Shown here piece by piece: positions 10,185-18,916 of a DNA stretch of 39,205 nucleotides. The DNA comes from Bacteroidales bacterium. Its GTDB lineage: Bacteria; Bacteroidota; Bacteroidia; Bacteroidales; Tenuifilaceae. Positions within the stretch are counted from its first letter, which is position 1. Each line of letters opens with the position of its first letter. The DNA lies in contig JAYTVX010000397.1 in the NCBI GenBank assembly GCA_043743775.1, positions 1-39,205 of the forward strand. The letters run 5' to 3'. A model generated the notes under the pieces. That model did not search any database and was not told the DNA's origin. It saw nothing but the letters and a program-made list of their open reading frames with translations. The translations under genes and the position numbers were made by a program.

Positions 10185-10192
10185 CAAAAGTA
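10185..10192 (-). promoter_or_regulatory. Candidate -7 promoter box for the TerB-like gene
   Basis: The minus strand reads TACTTTTG (TAnnTTTG), 42 nt upstream of the ATG at 10143. Confidence 0.35.
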
Positions 10193-10373
10193 ACATTTTG
10201 GGCAGAACAACGCTTAAAAGAATGATAAAAAGAGTTAATTCTTTAGGGTTTTATGTGCAGCCGTGTCGTAGTTTAACAATTTATGTGTGATGCCAAATGC
10301 TGTAATGGTTGTGTTATTTTCTTTGATGTTGGATTATAGAGTTATGTTGTGATAATACTCAGTGGTGTAAATA

Positions 10374-10408
10374 GAAAAAGCCCCATCTACTGAAAGGTAA
10401 ATGAGGCT
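10374..10408 (-). terminator. Intrinsic terminator downstream of the 586-aa gene
   Basis: Minus strand: AGCCTCAT-loop-ATGGGGCT (8 bp with one G-U pair), followed by TTTTTCT. Confidence 0.6.
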
Positions 10409-10427
10409 TTTGCTTATCCATTAAAAT

Positions 10428-12188
10428 TTATGGAATTCGATAAATCGTTATCCCGTAATGCTCTTGATCGTAAGGAGGAGTATCGTTCCAATCGCGGTAG
10501 GAGTGAGAACCATCTGTTTCGTAGTAAACAGTATACTCACCAGCAGGAAGGAGAATCGTCCCATCAAACATCCTGTTCTTATCTGCTCCACCTGCTCGTT
10601 CACATGTTCTGTAGGTCATCTCCCAAACTATTTTATCGGTATTGCTATTCTTAATCCAGCCAAGGTCAACCAATTCATCGCCATCACCTTCACCGATAGC
10701 GAAAATCCGAATTTTCGTCTCTTTATCGAGAGTGAACGATTTCTTAATCCGCTCATCGTCTCCAACTTTAACAATTTCTGCAAGAATTTGACTATTTGAA
10801 CTTGCCGATTGAGCATCGGTTAAAACGAATGAATCCTTATCCTGATCAACGAGAATACTTAGACCCCAAAGTTCAGGGACTAAAGGAGGTGCTACATTCC
10901 AGCTACCAAAATCATGAGAATCATCGGTTACAAAGTAAGCGGCATAGTTTCCTTTTGGAAGTTCAACCTCTTGGTTAACAAGTCTGTTTTTTTCTCCACC
11001 ACCTGCATATTGCCCTTTTCGTTGTGTAAACTCCCAAACCTTGGTGTGGGTATCGGTATTTATTATCCAACCATAATCAGCCATATCAAAATCGCCAGAA
11101 CTTTCACCTTCGCTCAAAATCCTAATCTTCATATCCTTCTTAAGGGTAAAGCCTTGCGATAGGTATGCATTGTTCTTTGCTTTGTTAAGCTTTAGTACAA
11201 AAGGATCTTCTTGTTCAATGGTTTTCACATTTGATTTATCAACTTCGTCAGGCCATACTGTAATGCCCCAGAATTGAGGATCGTATGGAGGAAGAACATT
11301 CCATTTGTCGTAGGAATGTGAGTCGTCGGAGATATAGTAAAGCGTATAGGTTCCTTTTGGTAATTTGATGGTCTGAAAAGTTGATTTATTCTTACTCCCA
11401 CCACCTGCTTTTTTAAATCGAGTTTCGTTATTGGGCCATACCTTTTCATAGGTACTAGAATTTACAATCCAGGCGAAATCGTTGAGATCACCATCCGATT
11501 GCTCCCCAATTTCCATGATATTTAAATTGATATCGCTGGTTGTCGAAAAACTTTTCTTAATGCTCAAATTATCACCAGCACGAACCACTGAAATCAACGC
11601 ATTTGACGAGAACTCATTAACCTTTTTATCCCAAGCGATTTCAGTAAAATTAGCACTTGGGGCAGAAATTGACATGGAGAATTTTGAAGCATACTTACTA
11701 TTATACGGCTCTTTATTGTCATTAATATCATTGAAGATTAGGTTGAATAGCTCCCCAAGATCACTAATATGAAAATTATAATTATTTTTTCCGAATCGAT
11801 TGTCGTTCATACCTGCAGCATAATAAACTTCGTACTGACCTGCTGGCAGGGTGACCTCTTTCTTAAAGCTGAAACGACCAGGATCGGTCCGCTCAAAGAA
11901 TTTGTCGTTTGCATCGGCGAGTAAATTCCATACAACCTTTCGCGATTTACTATCGAGAATCCAACCATAAAACATCATATCGTTACCCAACTTCTCAAAT
12001 AGTCCACCATAACCTTCTACCATAATGGTAGTTTCTTTTGAGAGAACGAATGCTTTTATATCAATCCTCCCAGGTTTCTGGTATCCAACGGTGATTTTAC
12101 TTTCTTGATTTTGTGCAATCGTAACAATTCCTTGTAGCATTATTGCCATTAGAATTGCTAATGAGGTAATTAACTTTTTTGATTTCAT
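10428..12188 (-). CDS. Secreted hypothetical protein with a fourfold internal repeat
   Basis: 586-aa ORF with a signal peptide (MKSKKLITSLAILMAIMLQGIVTIAQN). The repeats are listed in the next feature. No family recognised. Confidence 0.8.
   Translation of the reverse strand: MKSKKLITSLAILMAIMLQGIVTIAQNQESKITVGYQKPGRIDIKAFVLSKETTIMVEGYGGLFEKLGNDMMFYGWILDSKSRKVVWNLLADANDKFFERTDPGRFSFKKEVTLPAGQYEVYYAAGMNDNRFGKNNYNFHISDLGELFNLIFNDINDNKEPYNSKYASKFSMSISAPSANFTEIAWDKKVNEFSSNALISVVRAGDNLSIKKSFSTTSDINLNIMEIGEQSDGDLNDFAWIVNSSTYEKVWPNNETRFKKAGGGSKNKSTFQTIKLPKGTYTLYYISDDSHSYDKWNVLPPYDPQFWGITVWPDEVDKSNVKTIEQEDPFVLKLNKAKNNAYLSQGFTLKKDMKIRILSEGESSGDFDMADYGWIINTDTHTKVWEFTQRKGQYAGGGEKNRLVNQEVELPKGNYAAYFVTDDSHDFGSWNVAPPLVPELWGLSILVDQDKDSFVLTDAQSASSNSQILAEIVKVGDDERIKKSFTLDKETKIRIFAIGEGDGDELVDLGWIKNSNTDKIVWEMTYRTCERAGGADKNRMFDGTILLPAGEYTVYYETDGSHSYRDWNDTPPYDQEHYGITIYRIP
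10431..12077 (-). repeat. Four ~115-120-aa protein repeats (the first is degenerate)
   Basis: Consensus: (A/G)WI-x-N-x-x-T-x-K-x-VW...AGG-x-x-KN...LP-x-G-x-Y-x-x-YY-x-x-D-x-SH...WN-x-x-PP...WGI. Units lie at aa ~38-150, 198-312, 330-447 and 465-586. Confidence 0.8.
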
Positions 12189-12354
12189 CTACATTTTAGT
12201 TTTAAGGTGAAGCAATATTATATCTGACTTTATATGACGCTTAACAATAAAATATGTTACAATTATTTATTAAGTAAATGTATGAATAACCTAAATTGGT
12301 CTCTTTAAATCAGTGAGACTTTAATTTTGTGAAACAAAATTATTTTGTCGAACT

Positions 12355-12472
12355 GATCCCGAGTATGGCCGAGGGATCTCTAGGGTTATATTGCCTTCGG
12401 CGAACTCGCAAGCTCGGTTGGCTTCGCCTAGCTCGTAAACTCGGTTCCCCGCCGCTTGCGGTTAGGTAGTCC
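12355..12472. repeat. GC-rich structured island with an internal direct repeat in an AT-rich spacer
   Basis: Hairpin GATCCC-N12-GGGATC. Direct repeat CTCGCAAGCTCGGTT (12405-12419) and CTCGTAAACTCGGTT (12432-12446), 13 of 15 identical. The sequence is much more GC-rich than the flanks. Confidence 0.5.
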
Positions 12473-12500
12473 ATTAATGCAAACAATTTAAACTGTAGAA

Positions 12501-13607
12501 ATGAAGATCTCCCCTTTTAAGCTTGAGCGTTACTTTGCTAAATACGAATTTTCAGCGAAATATATGCTTTCAAGTTCCGACTGCGATGGGTTTAGGATGA
12601 ATGATATTCTGAGCATGTCAACCATTGAAGAACTAAAAATATGGCAAAATCTACAGCTTGGATATACCGAGAGTCAAGGATTGCCGATACTTAGAGACGA
12701 GATTACTAAACTTTATTCTACGATCTCTTCGGATGATGTGATGGTATTAACACCCGAGGAGGGTGTTTTCGTTGCGTTGAATAGTATCCTTAGCAAAGAT
12801 GATCACGTAATTTGTATTGCTCCGAGTTACCAATCCTTGCATCAAGTTGTACGTAGCATTGGTTGTGATATTATTTTTTGGTTACCCGATGAGGAGAAGG
12901 GATGGTATTTCGATCCGAATGACATTGAGAAGGCAATACGCCCCAATACTCGCCTAATCATAGTCAATTTCCCTCATAATCCTACTGGTTACTTGCCATC
13001 ACTTCATGATTTCCAAAGAATTATTGATATTGCAAAGGAGAACAATCTAATTCTATTTTCGGATGAGATGTACCGCTACCTTGAGCATGATTCTGAGTTA
13101 AGATTACCATCGGCAAGCGATTTGTACCCTAATGCCGTTTCTCTATCTGGATTATCGAAAACATTTGGCTTGGCGGGTCTGCGCATAGGCTGGCTTGCCA
13201 CCAAGAATCAAGAGTTACTTCAAGAAATGCTTGCCTTTAAGGATTACACAACCATTTGTAATAGCGCTCCAAGTGAGGTTTTAGCTTTAATCGGGTTGCG
13301 CCATAAGGAGTCTTTAGTCGGTCATAACCTTAAAAAGATTAGGTTGAATCTAAATCTACTCGATGAGTTCATTCAGAAACATGCTCACATCCTATCATGG
13401 AATAAACCAAAAGCAGGTACTATTGGACTGGCAAAGCTGAATATTGATTTCCCCAGCGAAGTTTTCTGTGAAAGGATTGTTAAGGATACCGGAATAATGA
13501 TTGTTCCGAGCGAGGTTTTTGATTACGGGGATAAGCATATCCGACTTGGCTTTGGCAGAGTAAATTTACCTGAAGTCCTTGACCTCTTTAGCAAATCTAT
13601 CCGTTAA
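12501..13607 (+). CDS. PLP-dependent aminotransferase, class I/II
   Basis: 368 aa with NFPHNPTG (conserved Asn-Pro-Thr-Gly) and SLSGLSKTFGLAGLRIGW (PLP-lysine motif SxSK...RxG). Substrate unknown. Confidence 0.8.
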   Translation: MKISPFKLERYFAKYEFSAKYMLSSSDCDGFRMNDILSMSTIEELKIWQNLQLGYTESQGLPILRDEITKLYSTISSDDVMVLTPEEGVFVALNSILSKDDHVICIAPSYQSLHQVVRSIGCDIIFWLPDEEKGWYFDPNDIEKAIRPNTRLIIVNFPHNPTGYLPSLHDFQRIIDIAKENNLILFSDEMYRYLEHDSELRLPSASDLYPNAVSLSGLSKTFGLAGLRIGWLATKNQELLQEMLAFKDYTTICNSAPSEVLALIGLRHKESLVGHNLKKIRLNLNLLDEFIQKHAHILSWNKPKAGTIGLAKLNIDFPSEVFCERIVKDTGIMIVPSEVFDYGDKHIRLGFGRVNLPEVLDLFSKSIR

Positions 13608-13768
13608 TCACGATGGAGGATAACAAGTTGTAAAACAAGTTATTTTTCGCTTGAATATTATTGGGTTTTTTTAACTTGCCACCGAAATAGATAATACTTT
13701 TTAGCTCAGGGTAAACCTTTTAAACTGTCAGCAATCAAAAATAAATATTAACCACCAACAGTAAAGCC

Positions 13769-15874
13769 ATGAAACGAATTCCATTACTTTTTCTAGTAGT
13801 TTTAATTATGTTTGGATGTAAGCATCAGGAGGAAAAATCCTTGAATCCATTCTTTAGCGAGTTTAATACTCCGTTTAATGTACCCCCATTCGACAAGATT
13901 GATACGAGCCATTATGCCCCTGCTTTTATTAAGGGTATTGCCGATCAGCAAGCCGAAATTGATGCGATTGTAAATAGCACAGAGGTACCTACTTTTGAAA
14001 ACACCATCTATGCTCTCGATAAATCGGGAAAACTGCTTGGAACTGTTAGCCGAGTTTTTTATGCATTAAACTCTGCAAATACTGATTCCGCAATGCAAGC
14101 AATTGCTCAAAAGGTTGCTCCCTTAACTACGAAGCACAAGGATAATATATCACTCAACGAAAAACTTTTTCTGCGTATCAAGGCAGTCTACGAGAGCCGT
14201 GAAACGAGCAATTTAGATGCTCTTCAGAAAAGGGTTGTTTCGAAATACTACAACGATTTTGTGCGAAGTGGTGCAAACTTGAGTGAGGCCGATAAAGAAA
14301 AATTACGCGAAATCAACCAGAAGTTGTCTACCTATAGTCTTAATTTCTTGGAGAATCATTTAGCCGAAACAAGTTCTAACTTTAAACTGGTTATCGACAA
14401 TAAGGAGGATTTAGCGGGCTTACCCCAAGAGGTGATAGATGCAGCATTGGATACTGTAAAGTTGGATGCATCGTTTGGCAAATGGATTTTCACACTTCAA
14501 AAACCCAGTTTGATTCCATTTCTACAGTATGCCAAGAATCGTAGCTTGCGCGAAAAAATATATCGCGGGTACTATATGCGTTGCAACAACAACGACAAGT
14601 TCGATAATAAGGAAAATATTCTAAATATTGCAAATCTGAGAGCGGAGCGCTCAAAATTATTGGGTTATAAGACCTATGCTGAGTATTCTATTAGCGAGAA
14701 TATGGCCAAAACCCCCGAAAAGGTTTATGAATTCTTAAACAAGTTGATGGTTCCAGCTCAAAAGGTTGCCCGGAGAGATCGGGATGAGATGCAGAAAATA
14801 ATTGATAAAGAGGGTGGTAAATTCAAGCTCGATACCTGGGATTGGTGGTACTATGCCGAAAAACTCAGGAAAGAGAAATACGACCTCAATGAATCAGAGA
14901 TTAAGCCCTATTTTGCCCTAAATAACGTTCGCGATGGGATGTTCTATGTAGCCAATAAGCTTTATGGACTAACATTCACCAAGCTCACCAATGTACCTGT
15001 TTATCATCCCGATGTAGAAGCCTTTGAGGTAAAAGAGGCCGATGGAGCTCATGCAGGGGTAATTTACTTAGATTATTTTCCACGCGAGAGCAAGGGTGCT
15101 GGGGCATGGTGTGGCGCATTTAGAGATCAGTATTACGATGAAAATGGCAAAAGAGTAGCACCTGTTATTACTATGGTTTTGAATTTCACAAAACCAACCG
15201 CCGATGCACCATCCTTACTTACTTGGGATGAAACTAGCACATTATTCCATGAGTTCGGACACGCTCTACATGGTTTATTCACCGATGGAAAATATAGCCG
15301 AATTGCAGGCAATATCCCAACCGATATGATTGAACTCCCATCACAGGTAATGGAAAACTGGGTAGGTGTACCTGAAGTATTGAATGTGTACGCGAAGCAT
15401 TATAAAACTGGCGAAGTAATACCTCCAGCACTCCTTGCAAAGCTACAAAAGAGTTTAGTTTTTAATCAGGCGTTTGAAACTGTTGAATATATCGCAGCAT
15501 CCGTGCTTGATCTTGATTGGTATAGCATTCAAGAGCCTAAGAAGTTAGACGTACTTGATTTTGAAAAGAAATCGATGGAAAAGCTAAATCTGATGAAGGA
15601 GATCATTCCAAGATACAGATCGACTTACTTTGCCCATATCATTGATGGTTATGCCGCTGGTTACTATGTATACCTTTGGGCCGCGGTTTTAGATTCCGAT
15701 GCATTCCAAGCATTCGTTGATTCTGGCGATATCTACAATAAGGATCTTGCTGCCAAATTCCGGAAGTATATTCTAACCGAGGGTGGAAACAATGAGGGAA
15801 TGATACAGTATGATAAGTTCAGAGGTCAGGAACCATCATTAGATCCACTACTTAAAAAACGTGGATTGGAGTAA
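13769..15874 (+). CDS. dcp: M3-family peptidyl-dipeptidase (Dcp / oligopeptidase A-like), lipoprotein
   Basis: 701 aa with the zinc motif FHEFGHALHG, overall M3 architecture, and a lipoprotein signal (LFLVVLIMFGC). Confidence 0.85.
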   Translation: MKRIPLLFLVVLIMFGCKHQEEKSLNPFFSEFNTPFNVPPFDKIDTSHYAPAFIKGIADQQAEIDAIVNSTEVPTFENTIYALDKSGKLLGTVSRVFYALNSANTDSAMQAIAQKVAPLTTKHKDNISLNEKLFLRIKAVYESRETSNLDALQKRVVSKYYNDFVRSGANLSEADKEKLREINQKLSTYSLNFLENHLAETSSNFKLVIDNKEDLAGLPQEVIDAALDTVKLDASFGKWIFTLQKPSLIPFLQYAKNRSLREKIYRGYYMRCNNNDKFDNKENILNIANLRAERSKLLGYKTYAEYSISENMAKTPEKVYEFLNKLMVPAQKVARRDRDEMQKIIDKEGGKFKLDTWDWWYYAEKLRKEKYDLNESEIKPYFALNNVRDGMFYVANKLYGLTFTKLTNVPVYHPDVEAFEVKEADGAHAGVIYLDYFPRESKGAGAWCGAFRDQYYDENGKRVAPVITMVLNFTKPTADAPSLLTWDETSTLFHEFGHALHGLFTDGKYSRIAGNIPTDMIELPSQVMENWVGVPEVLNVYAKHYKTGEVIPPALLAKLQKSLVFNQAFETVEYIAASVLDLDWYSIQEPKKLDVLDFEKKSMEKLNLMKEIIPRYRSTYFAHIIDGYAAGYYVYLWAAVLDSDAFQAFVDSGDIYNKDLAAKFRKYILTEGGNNEGMIQYDKFRGQEPSLDPLLKKRGLE

Positions 15875-15897
15875 CTGTCGTTACGAATTAATTTATT

Positions 15898-15923
15898 AAA
15901 AGGGGCTTTTTTAGCCCCTTTTT
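15898..15923 (+). terminator. Intrinsic terminator after dcp
   Basis: AAAAGGGGCT-TTTTT-AGCCCCTTTT is a 10-bp stem ending in a T-run. Confidence 0.8.
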
Positions 15924-16203
15924 GTATTATACAAATAGGATTAAACTATTTATATTTATTATTTCACCTAGCCACTGGTACTGTCTAACAGTATTGATCA
16001 TCTCAAAATCGCATTAGAGTATGGACATAAATCCATGATCTTGGTTCAAAAGATTAGTGCAATTCCGTTAGAGAAATTTTGTCGTATAAACCCTTGATGC
16101 TTTGAAGGGGAATAACGGGCAGGTCTATGATATACTCGCGGGGTGAGGGTGAACGGTGCAAATTAATAGTGTAATGGAGTGGTTACGGTTTAATTCACTA
16201 AGT

Positions 16204-16458
16204 CTACCATTTATTCTGAGGACAGCTATCAAACTTTTGTCGAACCTTTGCCGAAAGAATACAGCCACAATCAGCGCACTTCAGGCCATCTATTTCTTTT
16301 ATTGTATCGTCAGGTAAAAGTTGTTTAAACTTTGTCTCCACAGCGAAACTACATACTGCACAAATAGCCGCTCGTTTCAATGCAAGTTCTTCAACCTCTT
16401 TATTTGGGAATACGTAATTTTTAAAACCTGAAATGATTGCTTTTAATCTTTTATCCAT
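16204..16458 (-). CDS. Small Cys-rich hypothetical protein (probable zinc-binding)
   Basis: 84 aa with the Cys pattern CAVC...CADCGC...C-P-x-x-KW at the C-terminus. No family name confidently recalled. Confidence 0.5.
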   Translation of the reverse strand: MDKRLKAIISGFKNYVFPNKEVEELALKRAAICAVCSFAVETKFKQLLPDDTIKEIDGLKCADCGCILSAKVRQKFDSCPQNKW

Positions 16459-16641
16459 TATTTAAAATTCTTATCAGCGAATACCAATACTAAAAGTACA
16501 ATTTAATTATGTTTTTAAACAGTTAATTTAAGATTTTGTTTACGCATTTGCGTTACAAAAGAAATCAAATCAAAAAAAATAATCCTTTGTGTAAAGGAAG
16601 TCTTAATAATCACTGAATATTATGATTTGCTTAAAAATATT

Positions 16642-16649
16642 TAACTTTG
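16642..16649 (+). promoter_or_regulatory. Candidate -7 promoter box
   Basis: TAACTTTG (TAnnTTTG) lies 36 nt upstream of the ATG at 16685. Confidence 0.4.
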
Positions 16650-16684
16650 ATATAATAAAATAGATTAATAAAAATCAACGTGTT

Positions 16685-18289
16685 ATGAAAAATATCTTGT
16701 GTTTATTTACTCTATGGGTAGCTGTAAGTGCTATAGTACTTGGTCAAAATCAATCCAATAAGGTTGATATCAAGTGGGGGAACGAAATTAAGTCCTCGCG
16801 AAAGAAAACCCTTAGCGGCATAGTTGCTCATGATGAATCAGGTTTTTATGCAATTCAAAAAGAGCGTAAAGGGCTGCTCGGTCTTTCTTTTGATCTCTCC
16901 ATAGATCATTACGATAATAATGCAAACCAAACCAAATCAATTGATCTGAAATTGGGGGATGGTAAGAAGGAGATGATTTATGAGAATATACTTCAAATAA
17001 AAGACAACCTTTTTCTTTTCACCACCTATCAGGATCAGAAGACCAAAATGAACTCCTTATTCGTGCAAACTATCGATAAAAATTCACTACTGCCCAATAG
17101 TGATGCTAAGAAGATTGCAGAAATTGATTACTCAGGTAATCGGAAGAGTAACAGTGGTGAATATAGTATTGGGACATCAAGAGATGGTAGTAAAATTCTT
17201 GTTTTTTATAATCAACCATATGATAAGGGGGAGAAGGAGAAATTCGGATTCAGCGTGTTTGATATTACGATGAACTTGATTTGGAGTAAGAATATTGTTT
17301 TGCCTTACAATGATGAGCTCTTCGATATTGAGAAAAAGAAAGTGGACAATCAAGGGAATATTTACCTTCTGAATGCTGTTTACAAGGAGAAGCGGCGTAA
17401 AAAACGCCATGGTGAGCCTAATTATCAGTACACAATACTTTCTTTTAAAAAGGATATTGAAAATGCTGAAGAATACCCGATTGATTTACCCGGTAAGTTT
17501 ATTACTGATATGCAATTTTCAATTACCGATAATCAGGACTTTGTTTGTATCGGTTTTTACTCCGATAAAGGTACTTTCAGTATCAAAGGTACTTACTATG
17601 TTTCCATTGATGGAAAGACCAAGGAGATTAAATCGCAAAGTTTTAAAGAGTTTTCCATTGATGTTCTGCGTGAAAATTTAACTGAGAGGCAACAAAAAAA
17701 ACTTGATAAAAAAATAGAAAAAGGTAAGCAGGTTGAACTCTACGAGTACGATCTGCACGAAGTTATACACCGCGATAATGGGTGCACAACACTTGTTGGA
17801 GAGCAGTACTATGTTGATATTGTAACTACAACTCAAACTATAGGTAACACAACCACTACTACCACTACTTTCTATTATAACTATAACGATATCATTGTTG
17901 TTAATATCGACCCGAAGGGTCAAATTGAGTGGGTGAAGAAGATTCCCAAGAGGCAGGTTACTACCAACGATGGTGGCTTTTACTCATCGTACGTGATGAG
18001 TATTACTAACGACAAACTCTACTTTATTTTCAACGATAACCCGAAAAATCTCTTGGAATCAACAACGGATTCAAAAAAATTCGCAACCTTTTCAAATCAA
18101 AAGGGCTCAGTAGCCGTTCTCGTTGAGGTGGATAAAGATGGCAATTATAAAAAAGAGCCACTATTCAAAACGGTTGATGCTGAGGTGATGATTCGCCCAA
18201 AGGTTTGTGAGCAGATATCGAGTAATGAGATGATTCTTTTCGGTCAAAGGAAGAAAGCAGAACGATTTGCTCGGTTAACATTCAAATAG
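16685..18289 (+). CDS. Secreted hypothetical protein
   Basis: 534 aa with a signal peptide (MKNILCLFTLWVAVSAIVLGQ). The composition is beta-rich, with a Lys-rich segment (ERQQKKLDKKIEKGK) and a run of seven Thr. No family recognised. Confidence 0.7.
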   Translation: MKNILCLFTLWVAVSAIVLGQNQSNKVDIKWGNEIKSSRKKTLSGIVAHDESGFYAIQKERKGLLGLSFDLSIDHYDNNANQTKSIDLKLGDGKKEMIYENILQIKDNLFLFTTYQDQKTKMNSLFVQTIDKNSLLPNSDAKKIAEIDYSGNRKSNSGEYSIGTSRDGSKILVFYNQPYDKGEKEKFGFSVFDITMNLIWSKNIVLPYNDELFDIEKKKVDNQGNIYLLNAVYKEKRRKKRHGEPNYQYTILSFKKDIENAEEYPIDLPGKFITDMQFSITDNQDFVCIGFYSDKGTFSIKGTYYVSIDGKTKEIKSQSFKEFSIDVLRENLTERQQKKLDKKIEKGKQVELYEYDLHEVIHRDNGCTTLVGEQYYVDIVTTTQTIGNTTTTTTTFYYNYNDIIVVNIDPKGQIEWVKKIPKRQVTTNDGGFYSSYVMSITNDKLYFIFNDNPKNLLESTTDSKKFATFSNQKGSVAVLVEVDKDGNYKKEPLFKTVDAEVMIRPKVCEQISSNEMILFGQRKKAERFARLTFK

Positions 18290-18310
18290 GTTGGATTAAA
18301 ATATAAATTC

Positions 18311-18347
18311 TAACGGTTAACAGTGGTCTGTTGATCGTTAGTTTTTT
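18311..18347 (+). terminator. Intrinsic terminator after the 534-aa gene
   Basis: TAACGGTTAACAG-TGGT-CTGTTGATCGTTA (13 bp with 2 G-U pairs), followed by GTTTTTT. Confidence 0.65.
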
Positions 18348-18371
18348 AATACACCATTCCTAAGTTTTTTA

Positions 18372-18433
18372 TTAAGGGCATCTCTAAAAGACAATCCTCG
18401 CAATGACGAATGGTTTTTTAGAAATGCCCTTAA
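18372..18433. repeat. Long imperfect inverted repeat (18-bp arms, 26-nt loop)
   Basis: The left arm TTAAGGGCATCTCTAAAA pairs with the right arm TTTTAGAAATGCCCTTAA with one mismatch. The loop contains CCTCGCAATGACGAATGG. Confidence 0.6.
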
Positions 18434-18475
18434 GAGCGGGGATCTCAAATTTGTGTTAAAAAAACAAAATTTAGG

Positions 18476-18835
18476 ATGTCAATAAATTATACTATCATCT
18501 TTCGATTATCTTTGAGGCAAGATATTAGTATGGTTAAAAAAAATGCAATCAAGTTCATAACTATTCTAACCATCATGATTTGCATGGAGGGGGTTAAGAC
18601 GTCTGCCCTCATTAACCATCAAATATACTGCGACCTTTATTTAGCTGATATCGAAGATTCTGCAATTTCTAACCACCACCATCTTTTTGACACATTCGAA
18701 CAAGAAAATTGGAATATGCCTAACTCCCAAAGCGATGCATTCCTACAAGGAGTAGCTGATAAGCAAATTATTTCTAAACCGCTTGTTAAACAGGAGCTCT
18801 GCAATTCAATCTGGCAACCCCCTAAGTTAGTCTAG
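18476..18835 (+). CDS. Small hypothetical exported protein with a His triplet
   Basis: 119-aa ORF. The more likely start is MVKKNAIKFITILTIMICM at 18530 (signal-like). It contains SNHHHLFD. The coding call is weak. Confidence 0.35.
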   Translation: MSINYTIIFRLSLRQDISMVKKNAIKFITILTIMICMEGVKTSALINHQIYCDLYLADIEDSAISNHHHLFDTFEQENWNMPNSQSDAFLQGVADKQIISKPLVKQELCNSIWQPPKLV

Positions 18836-18916
18836 TTTTCCTTTCGTAACATTTTCTACTTATCTGATAAACTTCGGATTGGTTCGATTTTTAATAACTT
18901 ATAGCAATTATTTGGT

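Noticed and set aside
10430-11772. Short ORFs on both strands (10430..10654, 10458..10799, 10628..10816, 10796..10978, 10914..11162, 11225..11449, 11482..11772) overlapping the 586-aa gene
   Set aside because: All are nested within or antisense to the long ORF, which has a signal peptide and a conserved fourfold repeat. None shows a recognisable motif.
12355-12472. tRNA or other known ncRNA in the GC-rich island
   Set aside because: There is no T-loop GTTCGAATC-like box, no cloverleaf-compatible stems, and no match to SRP, tmRNA, RNase P or 6S cores that I can recognise. It is kept only as an unexplained structured or repeat element.
17177-17923. ORFs 17177..17410 (-), 17373..17681 (+) and 17678..17923 (-) inside the 534-aa gene
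   Set aside because: They are alternative-frame or antisense ORFs in an AT-rich coding region. They have no motifs and are fully overlapped.
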